From an uncultured Erysipelotrichaceae bacterium (lineage in GTDB: Bacteria; Bacillota_I; Bacilli_A; Erysipelotrichales; Erysipelotrichaceae): DNA of 64,000 nucleotides. The stretch covers positions 14,231 through 78,230 of the forward strand of contig CACYXJ010000002.1 of assembly GCA_902778375.1 (NCBI GenBank), read 5' to 3'. The translations under genes were made by a program, and so were the position numbers. Each line of letters begins with the position of its first letter. The first letter of the stretch is position 1. Below are positions 18,657 to 28,209 of the stretch, one piece after another. The notes beneath the pieces are model-generated. The model worked only from the letters and a program-made list of their open reading frames with translations, did no database searches and was not told where the DNA came from.

Positions 18657-20519
18657 ATGACTTTCTGGGACAGCGGCGGTGACCGCCTGAAAAGAGAATA
18701 TGAAATCTTCCGTTTTCTTTTGGATGAATATCGTCTGAGATACCGTCTGCATGAAACCTACCCGCGCCGGCACGATCCGGATATGGTAGCACTGTATCAG
18801 CCGGATGGACGGTGGTGCGCGGTTGGCAGACTGATTTCCTCCGAGGAAATTGCGATGGAAACGGACGAGCTTTACTATGCAATAGAGATCCCTTTTGATC
18901 CGGCAAGAATTCCGGAAATGATCATGTATGAATATTGCGCCTTGAGTTCGGAAATGGATCCGAAACAGTGGCTGATGCTGGTAATCGACGAACATGTGAA
19001 GATCGATGTATACAGAAGTCTGATGAATGAAGGATATGAATGGCTGCGGGACTCTTCCGGAAAACAGTCGGCTTCTCTGCAGGAAGGAACAGTATACCGG
19101 GATGTTTCCATTCCTTCACGGCATGAAATCAGAAGCGAAAACGTTCCGGTGCAGATCGCGGAAATGAAGAAGCTTTACCAGCCAAGAAGAAACATTCCCA
19201 ATGATGAAGTGTTCTGTTTCTGGCGGCAGGCCGTTTTCATGAAGGACTATAAGGACAGTTATCATTTCCGGGGAACATTCATGAATATTCATCCTGTCTA
19301 CCGGATGATGACAGACAGTCAGTTACGAGGATATTTCAGCTGGCGTACGGAACTGATGGAAAACGGACAGCTGAGTGATAATACACCGGTATCATTTCTG
19401 AAACTCTATGTCTATGAACTGCTGCATCTTCTCCACAGTAACGCCTGTGATACCTTTGCCCAGTTGTGTGCGATCGAGGAAATGTATTCCGGAAACGACA
19501 GACTCTTCATGCTGGAATTAAGAAGATGGATCAATGATTTTGTCATTTATTATGATCTGAATGAAATGATTCCGATGCGGTTTGAAACTGTCGATATGAC
19601 AAACTGGAAGATTCTCGATGATACGGCCAGGGATCCCGAAAGCCATGATGAAGCGGAGCTTCAGAAAGCAATCGGAATGATCGCGGCCAGAGAGATCAGC
19701 CGCTCGGCTTTCCTGCGGGAGAATCTTGCGGATGTGATGGCGGTACTGGCGAAAGCCTGGCGCATGTACTGCAGAGAATACAGGAAACAGGGACGTTCGT
19801 TTCTGGAAGCGGAAGTGTGCAGTGTTGTCAATGAACCGTACCGGATGTTTTCCTCGGCGGTTTTCTATGAAAACGAGAAACATGCGGATACAACGGTCAT
19901 GATCAATGAACAGAATATCTATTCATGCGAGAACGGCAGATGGACGAAGAAAAGTTATGTGCTGCGCAGCGAATGGTCGAAACTGATATCGGAAACCGAC
20001 CGGCTTCTGCGGATTGCGACAAGGTATGGCCGGCACATCAAGCAGCGGACCGGACTGACCTTCGATCCGGAAACCATCAAGGAAGCGATCCGGGAATATC
20101 TGAAAGAAAAGAAGGAAGCTTCGAAACCCGTCGTTAATATCGACATGGATATCCTGACCTCCATCCGAGATGATGCGGCATTGACCCGGGACTCTTTACT
20201 GGTGGAAGAAGATATTGAAGAGGAAACGGAAGAAGAACTGTTCGCTGTACCTGAAGAAGAACAGTATGAAGAAGAATTTGATGATACACTGTTTACGAAA
20301 GAGGAGAAGATCCTTTTGAAGGCTTTGCTGGAAGGAAAGGATCCCCGCTCTCTTGAGACGTTGAAGAATGTATCTCTGTCGCTGTTGTGCGATGAAATCA
20401 ATGAAAAGCTGATGGATGAGATCGGCGACACGGTCATCGAGTTCGACGGCGACGATCCAGTCCTGATCGAAGATTATATTGAAGATATCCGGGAAATGAT
20501 AAAGGAGGCAGGCAAATGA
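18657..20519 (+). CDS. TerB-N/TerB-C domain protein (Shango SngA-like) with N-terminal YjbR/MmcQ-like domain
   Basis: TerB-N 'PVYRMMTDSQLRGYFSWRT...FLKLYVYELL'; TerB-C 'CDEINEKLMDEIGDTVIEFDGDDPVLIEDY'; N-terminal 'MDPKQWLMLVID...LMNEGYEW'. Confidence 0.75.
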   Translation: MTFWDSGGDRLKREYEIFRFLLDEYRLRYRLHETYPRRHDPDMVALYQPDGRWCAVGRLISSEEIAMETDELYYAIEIPFDPARIPEMIMYEYCALSSEMDPKQWLMLVIDEHVKIDVYRSLMNEGYEWLRDSSGKQSASLQEGTVYRDVSIPSRHEIRSENVPVQIAEMKKLYQPRRNIPNDEVFCFWRQAVFMKDYKDSYHFRGTFMNIHPVYRMMTDSQLRGYFSWRTELMENGQLSDNTPVSFLKLYVYELLHLLHSNACDTFAQLCAIEEMYSGNDRLFMLELRRWINDFVIYYDLNEMIPMRFETVDMTNWKILDDTARDPESHDEAELQKAIGMIAAREISRSAFLRENLADVMAVLAKAWRMYCREYRKQGRSFLEAEVCSVVNEPYRMFSSAVFYENEKHADTTVMINEQNIYSCENGRWTKKSYVLRSEWSKLISETDRLLRIATRYGRHIKQRTGLTFDPETIKEAIREYLKEKKEASKPVVNIDMDILTSIRDDAALTRDSLLVEEDIEEETEEELFAVPEEEQYEEEFDDTLFTKEEKILLKALLEGKDPRSLETLKNVSLSLLCDEINEKLMDEIGDTVIEFDGDDPVLIEDYIEDIREMIKEAGK

Positions 20520-21844
20520 CAACTGAACGAAAAGCACCGAAGCGAATTGCGGCTTCCGTAATCAATTCCCTGAAGGGCGGTGTCGTGCCGAGAATCGGCC
20601 TGCCGTATATTACCGTCGGCCGGAAGAATGAAATCGCGGCACTTCTGAACGATGTGGATATTGTCGCAGAAGGAGGAGCTTCCTTCCGCTTTATTGTCGG
20701 CCGTTACGGCAGCGGCAAGTCTTTCATGCTGCAGACGATCCGGACTTATGTCATGGACAGAGGCTTTGTTGTCATGGATGCCGACCTGTCGCCGGAAAGA
20801 AGACTGCAGGGTACCAAGGGACAGGGCCTTGCGACCTACCGTGAACTGCTCAGAAACATGTCTACCAAAACCAGACCCGAGGGCGGTGCCATCATGCTGG
20901 TGCTGGACCGCTGGGTCAGATCGTTGAATGATGAAATCAAGGCAGCAGTCGGTGGGGATAACGAGACCGCTTTTGAAGAGGAAGCGCAGAAAAGACTGAA
21001 TACCTTGATGCATACGATGAACGAGCTGGTACACGGATATGACTTTGCCGAAGTGCTGAAAATCTATTATCTGGCGGACCGGAAACAGGACGAGGAACAG
21101 AAGGCGCTTGCCGTCAAATGGTTCCGCGGCGAATACAACACCCGAACGGAAGCCAGAAGCGAACTGGGTGTGCGCAATATCATTTCCGATGATGACTGGT
21201 ATGACTATCTGAAACTGTTTGCTGTATTCCTGAAGGAAATCGGCTACAGCGGTCTGATGGTTCTGATCGATGAGCTTGTGAATATCTACAAGATTCCCAA
21301 CAGTATCACCCGTCAATACAACTATGAAAAGATTCTGACAATGTACAACGACACGATGCAGGGAAAGGCCAGGTATCTTGGCATCCTGATGAGCGGAACA
21401 CCGCAGGCAATCGAAGACAGACGCAGAGGCATCTACAGTTATGAAGCGCTGCGTTCAAGACTTGCCGAGGGCAAATTTTCCCGTGACGGTGCAAGGGACC
21501 TTTTGGCCCCGGTCATCCGTCTGGAGCCGCTGTCGGCGGAAGAAATGCTGGTATTGGTTGGCAAACTGGCCGAACTGCACGAACGTCTTTATGACTATAC
21601 ATGCGGACTGAGCGATGAAGATCTGGCAATGTTTATCAAAATCGAATACGGCCGGATCGGTGCCGATTCCGCCATTACGCCAAGAGAAGTGATCCGTGAC
21701 TTTATCGAACTTCTGGATATTCTCTACCAGCATCCGGATATGAATATGGAACAGTTGCTGAACAGTGACGAGTTTTCCTATGCCAAAGGCAGTCTGGAGG
21801 ATGGTGAAGAAGTACCGGACGCCTTTGCGGAGTTTACGGTGTGA
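20516..21844 (+). CDS. DUF2791/BrxD-like P-loop ATPase (Shango SngB-like)
   Basis: 'SLKGGVVPRIGL', Walker A 'GRYGSGKS', Walker B 'LIDE'; 4-bp overlap with the upstream gene. Confidence 0.85.
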   Translation: MTTERKAPKRIAASVINSLKGGVVPRIGLPYITVGRKNEIAALLNDVDIVAEGGASFRFIVGRYGSGKSFMLQTIRTYVMDRGFVVMDADLSPERRLQGTKGQGLATYRELLRNMSTKTRPEGGAIMLVLDRWVRSLNDEIKAAVGGDNETAFEEEAQKRLNTLMHTMNELVHGYDFAEVLKIYYLADRKQDEEQKALAVKWFRGEYNTRTEARSELGVRNIISDDDWYDYLKLFAVFLKEIGYSGLMVLIDELVNIYKIPNSITRQYNYEKILTMYNDTMQGKARYLGILMSGTPQAIEDRRRGIYSYEALRSRLAEGKFSRDGARDLLAPVIRLEPLSAEEMLVLVGKLAELHERLYDYTCGLSDEDLAMFIKIEYGRIGADSAITPREVIRDFIELLDILYQHPDMNMEQLLNSDEFSYAKGSLEDGEEVPDAFAEFTV

Positions 21845-21855
21845 GGTGAATCAGA

Positions 21856-24180
21856 ATGGATATTTTTTCCCGATATGCACCATTTATACAGGATTATATT
21901 TACAGTCATGAATGGGAAAACCTCAGGGCTGTGCAGGTGGCTGCCGCTGATGCCATATTCAATACAGAGGATCATGTTCTTCTGACGAGTTCCACAGCAT
22001 CGGGAAAAACGGAAGCTGCCTTTTTCCCGATTCTGACACTGCTGTATGAAGATATGCCGCAATCCGTCGGGGTTCTTTATATCGGACCTTTGAAGGCTTT
22101 GATCAATGACCAGTTTATCCGCCTCAACGATCTGTGCGAGGAGGCGGGAATTCCGGTATGGCACTGGCATGGCGATGTATCTTCTTCCCATAAGGATAAG
22201 ATGCTGAAACATCCTTCCGGTATCCTGCAGATCACGCCGGAAAGTCTCGAAGCAATGCTGATGCACAAGCATTCACTAATCCCGAAACTGTTCCATGACC
22301 TGCGCTTCATCGTCATCGACGAAGTACATTCCCTGATGCGCGGTGACCGTGGGTTTCAGACATTATGCCTGCTGGAACGCTTAAGCAGACTGGCGGATGT
22401 CAGACCGCGAAGAATCGGTCTTTCTGCTACGATCGGCGATCCGGAGGCTGCCGGCGAATTTCTGGCTGCCGGGACAGGCAGAAAGACGGTGATTCCGACA
22501 ATTGCGTCTTCGAAGCAGAAATGGCGTCTGTCCATGGAACATTTTTATAAGACTGCTTTGGAGAAAAAGCAGGAAGAAGGCATCATTGACCTGCACCAGG
22601 CAACCGATACAGGAGTGTTTGCCATGGACGAGAAAAGCGATGATGCGCCGGTCGGAGCCGATCCCGGCATAGGCTATATCTTTGAACATACCGCTGATAA
22701 GAAGTGTCTGATTTTCTGCAACTCCCGCGAAGAGGCAGAAACTGTCACGGCAGTATTGCGGCAGTATTGCGAACTGAAACATGAACCGGACCGTTTCCTG
22801 ATCCATCACGGAAATCTGTCGGTATCCTACCGGCAGAGCGCGGAAGAAGTAATGAAAGACGAGGAACAGACAATTTCCACAGTGACGACTTCGACACTGG
22901 AACTGGGAATCGATATCGGCAGACTTGAAAGAGCATTCCAGATTGATGCACCGTTTACCGTTTCTTCCTTCCTGCAGAGAATGGGCAGGACAGGAAGACG
23001 CTCCCAGCCGCAGGAAATGTGGTTCGTCATCCGTGAAGAGGAACCGGAACCGCGGACAATGCTGCCGGAGACGATTTCCTGGAAGCTGCTGCAGGCAATT
23101 TCCCTGGTCCAGCTGTATCTGGAGGAGAAATGGGTCGAGCCGCCGCGCCTGGACAGAATGCCATACAACCTGCTGTACCATCAGACGATGGCAACCCTTG
23201 CCTCAGGCGGGGAAATGACACCTGCCCAGCTGGCCGCAAGAGTATTGTCTTTATCGGTATTTCACAGAATCAGCCAGGAAGATTACAAGATCCTCTTACG
23301 GCATCTTCTGGATACCGATCACATACAGAGAACAGATCAGGGAGGATTGATCCTGGGCCTTGCCGGTGAAAGAATTACCAATAACTTCCGCTTCTATGGA
23401 GTATTCGTAGATGATGAAGAGTATACTGTACGCAGCGAGGCAAATGAACTGGGAACAATCGTTGCCCCGCCGCCGGTCGGTGACAAGATTGCCATTGCCG
23501 GCAGAGTGTGGGTCGTCGAAGAAATCGACCATCCGCATCATATTGTCTACTGCACCCTGGTCAAAGGCATTATTCCGGCCTACTTCGGCAACTGCCCCGG
23601 CGATATCCACACCCGCATTCTGGAAAGAATGAAGCAGGTTCTGGACGAAGACACCTACTATCCGTATCTTCTGGGGAATGCCAGGGAAAGACTGCTGAAG
23701 GAGCGTACAGCCGCATTTGAAAGCGGCATGACAAAACATCCGCTGATTCATCTCGGCGGCAATATGTGGGCACTGTTTCCGTGGCTTGGCACTTACAGCT
23801 TCATGGCACTGGAAAGGTTCCTGAAGATCCGCTGCAAGGAGCGGCTTGGCTTAAAGGGTTTCGATTCCGGCAAGCCGTACTTCATGCAGTTTACAATGAA
23901 AGTCACACCAGAGGAATTCTTCGAAATCCTTCTGGATGAAGCGTCACAGCCGATCGAGCCGATGGAACTGGTGTATCCCAAAGAAGTACCAATCTTCGAG
24001 AAGTATGATGAATATGTGCCGGAAGAACTGGTCCGCAAAGGATTTGCCTATGGTGTTCTCGATATTCAAGGTATGATAAAGAGGATCAGGGAGTGGGCGC
24101 CGTATGCCCGGATCGGACACCGGGAAACAAAGCCTGTCGAGGCAAGGTATCTCTATGAAAAAACAAAGGAAAGCAAATAG
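21856..24180 (+). CDS. Lhr-like DEAD/DEAH-box SF2 helicase (Shango SngC-like)
   Basis: 'TASGKT', 'DEVH', 'SAT', 'TLELGIDIG', 'QRMGRTGRR'. Confidence 0.88.
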   Translation: MDIFSRYAPFIQDYIYSHEWENLRAVQVAAADAIFNTEDHVLLTSSTASGKTEAAFFPILTLLYEDMPQSVGVLYIGPLKALINDQFIRLNDLCEEAGIPVWHWHGDVSSSHKDKMLKHPSGILQITPESLEAMLMHKHSLIPKLFHDLRFIVIDEVHSLMRGDRGFQTLCLLERLSRLADVRPRRIGLSATIGDPEAAGEFLAAGTGRKTVIPTIASSKQKWRLSMEHFYKTALEKKQEEGIIDLHQATDTGVFAMDEKSDDAPVGADPGIGYIFEHTADKKCLIFCNSREEAETVTAVLRQYCELKHEPDRFLIHHGNLSVSYRQSAEEVMKDEEQTISTVTTSTLELGIDIGRLERAFQIDAPFTVSSFLQRMGRTGRRSQPQEMWFVIREEEPEPRTMLPETISWKLLQAISLVQLYLEEKWVEPPRLDRMPYNLLYHQTMATLASGGEMTPAQLAARVLSLSVFHRISQEDYKILLRHLLDTDHIQRTDQGGLILGLAGERITNNFRFYGVFVDDEEYTVRSEANELGTIVAPPPVGDKIAIAGRVWVVEEIDHPHHIVYCTLVKGIIPAYFGNCPGDIHTRILERMKQVLDEDTYYPYLLGNARERLLKERTAAFESGMTKHPLIHLGGNMWALFPWLGTYSFMALERFLKIRCKERLGLKGFDSGKPYFMQFTMKVTPEEFFEILLDEASQPIEPMELVYPKEVPIFEKYDEYVPEELVRKGFAYGVLDIQGMIKRIREWAPYARIGHRETKPVEARYLYEKTKESK

Positions 24181-24355
24181 ACTCGGCAACAGGAAACTGT
24201 ATGTCGACGAGAATGGCAAATACATTCTCTACGGCGGAAAAAAGACAGCGGAAGAACTTGCGGAAATGCGCAAGAACAGAGCCAATGTCTATGTTGACCG
24301 CAAGAAGCAGAATAAAAAATACTCCTGCCGCAGCAAATCAAAAACAACAGAATAA
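24155..24355 (+). CDS. Possible small basic protein (66 aa)
   Basis: ORF overlapping the helicase stop; weak RBS; no recognised family. Confidence 0.3.
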   Translation: MKKQRKANRLGNRKLYVDENGKYILYGGKKTAEELAEMRKNRANVYVDRKKQNKKYSCRSKSKTTE

Positions 24356-24357
24356 AA

Positions 24358-24369
24358 GGGGGGGGGGGG
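24358..24369 (+). repeat. G12 homopolymer at the prsW ribosome-binding position
   Basis: 12 consecutive G ending 5 nt before ATG 24375. Confidence 0.9.
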
Positions 24370-24374
24370 AAAAT

Positions 24375-25109
24375 ATGGTTATTGTTATTGGAGCATTTAT
24401 TGTCAGTCTGATCCCTGCAGTATTGCTGTATTTCTATCTGAAACTGAAATGCAGGGTGCCGGCGGATGAAAACTATCAGAAATCCTGCAAAGATGCATTG
24501 ATCAAAGGTGTTCTTTCGACATTTCTGGTCATACTGTTGTCGGGAATCTTTGCCCTGATCGGCAAATTCACCGGATTGACACGGGGCGCATCTGTGTTGG
24601 GCTCGGCTTACCATACATTTATTGTCCTGGCGCTGATGGAAGAATGTGCCAAAGTCTTTATGTTTACGCAGGTCCTCAAGAAAGCCGAGTTTAAGTATAC
24701 ATGGCTGGATATCACTGCTCTGATGGTCATTGTCAGTCTCGGCTTCGAGATTCTTGAGTCCTTAGTCTATGTTTTCGAATCTGGTCCGATCCAGATTCTG
24801 GTCAGAGGCATTACCGTCATGCACGGCGGGTTCGGATTCATTGAGGGCTGGTTTATTGGAAAAAGCGCGTATACCGGCAACAAGACATACGGCATAGTGG
24901 GTTTTGTGCTAGCCTGGCTGTTCCACGGCTTCTATGATTTCGGTTTAAGCGAACCGTTCCTGGCTCTGGGCGACTGGACGGCGTTCCTTTCCGTCAGTCT
25001 GGCTGTCGTCGCCTTGATCCTCTTTATTTTCATGATCATCTTCTTTGTTAAGAAGGATAAGAAGGAACAGTATCTGGTGCCGGTTGAAAAAACCACAGCA
25101 CAGAACTGA
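24375..25109 (+). CDS. PrsW-family intramembrane metalloprotease
   Basis: Multi-TM; 'ALMEECAK', 'GFEILE', 'MHGG', 'HGFYDF'. Confidence 0.85.
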   Translation: MVIVIGAFIVSLIPAVLLYFYLKLKCRVPADENYQKSCKDALIKGVLSTFLVILLSGIFALIGKFTGLTRGASVLGSAYHTFIVLALMEECAKVFMFTQVLKKAEFKYTWLDITALMVIVSLGFEILESLVYVFESGPIQILVRGITVMHGGFGFIEGWFIGKSAYTGNKTYGIVGFVLAWLFHGFYDFGLSEPFLALGDWTAFLSVSLAVVALILFIFMIIFFVKKDKKEQYLVPVEKTTAQN

Positions 25110-25149
25110 CACAAGACAGCACTTATTTACAGCATAACAGGAGAAACAA

Positions 25150-25758
25150 ATGGGTATTTTTTCAGACATTTTCCGCTTCCGGGAAGCCGGCGAACCGGTA
25201 AATATCAACAATCTGGAAGAATTCGGCGAACCGGAATACTCGCTGTTTACAAGCACGAAAGTGTTCTCGCTGCATCACAGGATCGAGATCACGGACGAGC
25301 AGGGATTTGTAAGATACAACGTCGAGACAAAGTTTCCGTCCCTGCATGACAAGACATATATTACCGATGCCCAGGGAGACGATGTGGCATATATTCACAG
25401 AAAGCTCTTTACCCTCCACGAGAGGCACTTTATCGACATGGCAGACGGTCTGTCATTCGAGATGGCGACTGAATGGTGGCATATCATCAAGGACATCATG
25501 AACATCGAAGGACTTGCCTGGCAGCTGCGCGGCAATATCCTCAGACTGAACTTTCAGCTGTATGACCAGAACGGGGAAATCGCAGCCTTGATTTCCCAGA
25601 AGGCAATCTCTCTGCATGACAAATACTGCATCGACATCTATCAGCCGGATTATGAAAAAGTCGTAGTCGCGATCCTGATCACCCTGCAGCATATGATGAG
25701 TGACAGACAGATCAATGACGCTTTATCTTCCGGCAGTTCATCAACATCCGACAACTGA
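25150..25758 (+). CDS. LURP-one-related / scramblase (Tubby-C-like) protein
   Basis: 'KVFSLHHRIEITDEQG', 'WQLRGNIL..NFQLYD', 'HDKYCIDI'. Confidence 0.75.
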   Translation: MGIFSDIFRFREAGEPVNINNLEEFGEPEYSLFTSTKVFSLHHRIEITDEQGFVRYNVETKFPSLHDKTYITDAQGDDVAYIHRKLFTLHERHFIDMADGLSFEMATEWWHIIKDIMNIEGLAWQLRGNILRLNFQLYDQNGEIAALISQKAISLHDKYCIDIYQPDYEKVVVAILITLQHMMSDRQINDALSSGSSSTSDN

Positions 25759-25763
25759 GAACC

Positions 25764-26159
25764 ATGAAACAGGAATACAAGGAACTATTGGCGGATTTTA
25801 CTTCCAACGGAAAATCAGATGCAGCAGTAAGTGAAGTCAATGACATCCCTCTGCCGCAGGAGTATCTCGACTTCATACACGACTGTAACGGCGGCGAAGG
25901 CAATCTTGGCAAAAACGCATATATACAGATCTATCCATTGGAAGAACTGGCAGAAATCAACAGGGATTATGAAATACAGGAATACCTGCCGGGATATTTT
26001 GTTTGGGGCACGGATCTAGGCGGCATGCTGTTTGGATACAGTCATAAAACAGGCATGTATTCAGCAGTGGATTCTGTCTCTTTGAACGAAGATGATCTGA
26101 TGTATGAAGAACCGTCGCTGCTGGCATTTCTCAAACGATGGGATGCGGAACTGGAGTAG
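25764..26159 (+). CDS. SMI1/KNR4 (SUKH) family protein
   Basis: 'LPQEYLDFIHDCNGGEG', 'GTDLGGMLFGY'. Confidence 0.8.
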   Translation: MKQEYKELLADFTSNGKSDAAVSEVNDIPLPQEYLDFIHDCNGGEGNLGKNAYIQIYPLEELAEINRDYEIQEYLPGYFVWGTDLGGMLFGYSHKTGMYSAVDSVSLNEDDLMYEEPSLLAFLKRWDAELE

Positions 26160-26172
26160 GAAAGACAACAAA

Positions 26173-26206
26173 AAACCAGTCGGTGCAGAATTGCACTGAC
26201 TGGTTT
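26173..26206. terminator. Bidirectional terminator between the defence island and the polysaccharide locus
   Basis: AAACCAGTCGGTGCA-gaat-TGCACTGACTGGTTT between convergent genes. Confidence 0.75.
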
Positions 26207-27329
26207 ACTTTTCTGACAGGTTTTCAAACACAGGCAGGGACAATACGTTTTCTTTAAATACCGGATAAGTAAAGGTGTTCATATAGAAATCTGCTGTATG
26301 CTGGCGCATGGAAATGTCATAATTCACAACTTGTTCATAATCAAGGGAAGGCTGGACATTGAATCCGATCTTCTCTTTTTCTGTGAACGCCCAGGTATCG
26401 GCCTTGATCGTATTGAGAATCGGCAGTCCGGAAGCGAAATAATCCAGACTTTTCATAGTAAGACCGACAACGACAGTATCTTTCATGATGTTCAGACCGT
26501 AATGGCACTGATCCATGATCTGTTTCTTTTCAACCTGATCATAAACAATACCATGGTAGAGAACAGCAGCCCCGCTGCTTTGTGCGGACTCAACCAGCAG
26601 GTCGAGGTTTTCACCGCTGCCGATAATATGCAGAGTAACAGGTTTGTACCGGGAGATATTTTCTATGACTTCCTGGATTTTCGGAATATCGATGATATTG
26701 TTGATGGCACCAAGCCAGCAGAGATAAATTCTGTCTTCCGGCAGTGCTGCAGGCAGCTGTGGTTTTTGGATATCTCTGGCAAGATAGATCGTTTTTGAAG
26801 GTGTATCCTTGATGACCGGCTTCAGGTTGTCTTCAAACAGCTGGCATTCTGTTACTACCTGATCAGCTGCATTGATGTGGTTGTTTCGCAGGTCGCGCCA
26901 ATAGGCCATAGGCCAGAGGTTTCTGGCTTTTTCTGCCGGCAGGGTTTCCGGCCAGAAATCATTGGCATCCAGCACCAGTTTGATCTGAGGATACTTTTCC
27001 TTGATTTTCGCGGCATCTTTGACAAAACTGTTGGGAGGGAAAATGACCCAGAGAACATCGATTTCATTGTGATGCTTGTCGACATAATTGAAGATTTTGC
27101 GTGACAGTCTGACATGGGAAATGATTCTGTCTATGGACAGATTTTTATAATACGGTTTCGCATGAAAAAGACGGTAGCCTTCCTTGGCTTCCACTCTTTT
27201 TACTTTTTCGAGATGTTTCCAGTCAGATGCCAGAACAATAACGGAATGGCCTGCTTCGAGAAATACTCTCTTCAGCATATCCGCTCTCTGTTCGTTGGTA
27301 TCGAAAGCTGTAATAATACAGATATTCAT
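26205..27329 (-). CDS. GT4-family glycosyltransferase
   Basis: GT-B fold; 'DANDFWPETL', 'KSLDYFASGLPILN'. Confidence 0.8.
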   Translation of the reverse strand: MNICIITAFDTNEQRADMLKRVFLEAGHSVIVLASDWKHLEKVKRVEAKEGYRLFHAKPYYKNLSIDRIISHVRLSRKIFNYVDKHHNEIDVLWVIFPPNSFVKDAAKIKEKYPQIKLVLDANDFWPETLPAEKARNLWPMAYWRDLRNNHINAADQVVTECQLFEDNLKPVIKDTPSKTIYLARDIQKPQLPAALPEDRIYLCWLGAINNIIDIPKIQEVIENISRYKPVTLHIIGSGENLDLLVESAQSSGAAVLYHGIVYDQVEKKQIMDQCHYGLNIMKDTVVVGLTMKSLDYFASGLPILNTIKADTWAFTEKEKIGFNVQPSLDYEQVVNYDISMRQHTADFYMNTFTYPVFKENVLSLPVFENLSEK

Positions 27330-28117
27330 TCTTCTTCTCCGCTTTCTGCTTTGTGAATTTCTCCTGTGCCGCCTTCAACAACACCTTCTGCTTTTGCAAC
27401 CGAAAACAGAGTGCCGAAGAAGCATTTTACATCCATCAGGAAACCGCTTCTGCTGTCTTTGCGCAGTTCCTTTACATAATCACCGTCCAGTTTTGCCTTG
27501 ACGGGAATTTCCAGTTCATCTCTGCCGTTGATCTGTGCCCAGCCGGTTAGACCGGGAACAACATCGTTGGCATCATATTTATCGCGTTCCGCAATCAGGT
27601 CGTCCTGGTTCCATAGTGCAGGTCTTGGCCCGATAATGGACAGATTGCCGGCAAAGATATCCCAGATCTGCGGCAGTTCATCCAGACTGTATTTTCTGAG
27701 GAACTTTCCGACTCTTGTAATATACTGATCCGGATTGTCGAGAAGATGCGTAGGGGTATCATGCGGTGTGGACATCTTCATTGAACGGAACTTGTGCAGT
27801 TTAAAGTGTGTCTTACCCGCACCGACTCTTTTCTGAGTGAAAAAGACTGGTCCGGGATCATCGATATAGACAGCAGCTGATATGGCCAGCAACACCGGGC
27901 TGAGAATAATCAGCCCTCCAAAGGATAATATAGTGTCCAGAATCCTTTTTCCGGTTTTTTCATAGGAAGTTCTTGCGGCTGTACTTGCAACAGGATGATT
28001 GTCATATTCCTTATCCTGCTTTTTATTCTGTATGACAGCGGCAGTTTTCAACACTGCATAGGTGCCGCAGAGAAAAGCCGCGCATCCTAATATTTTTAAT
28101 CCGGTGTTTTTTTTCAT
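27326..28117 (-). CDS. Initiating polyprenyl-phosphate sugar-1-phosphate transferase (Bac_transf)
   Basis: 'KRILD', 'FTQKRVG', 'KFRSM', 'SLDELPQIW', 'IIGPRP', 'PGLTGWAQINGR'. Confidence 0.9.
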   Translation of the reverse strand: MKKNTGLKILGCAAFLCGTYAVLKTAAVIQNKKQDKEYDNHPVASTAARTSYEKTGKRILDTILSFGGLIILSPVLLAISAAVYIDDPGPVFFTQKRVGAGKTHFKLHKFRSMKMSTPHDTPTHLLDNPDQYITRVGKFLRKYSLDELPQIWDIFAGNLSIIGPRPALWNQDDLIAERDKYDANDVVPGLTGWAQINGRDELEIPVKAKLDGDYVKELRKDSRSGFLMDVKCFFGTLFSVAKAEGVVEGGTGEIHKAESGEEE

Positions 28118-28209
28118 ATATCTGATTCACTCCGATTCAATTTTAACATTGAATAGTATAAAGAATAGCATCCGCAGGGAAAACGGAGGCTGTTATTACT
28201 ATGTCTTTC

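Noticed and set aside
20516-24180. BREX system (BrxD + BrxHI-like pair)
   Set aside because: No PglZ, PglX or BrxC in the window; the TerB-N/C partner fits the Shango organisation.
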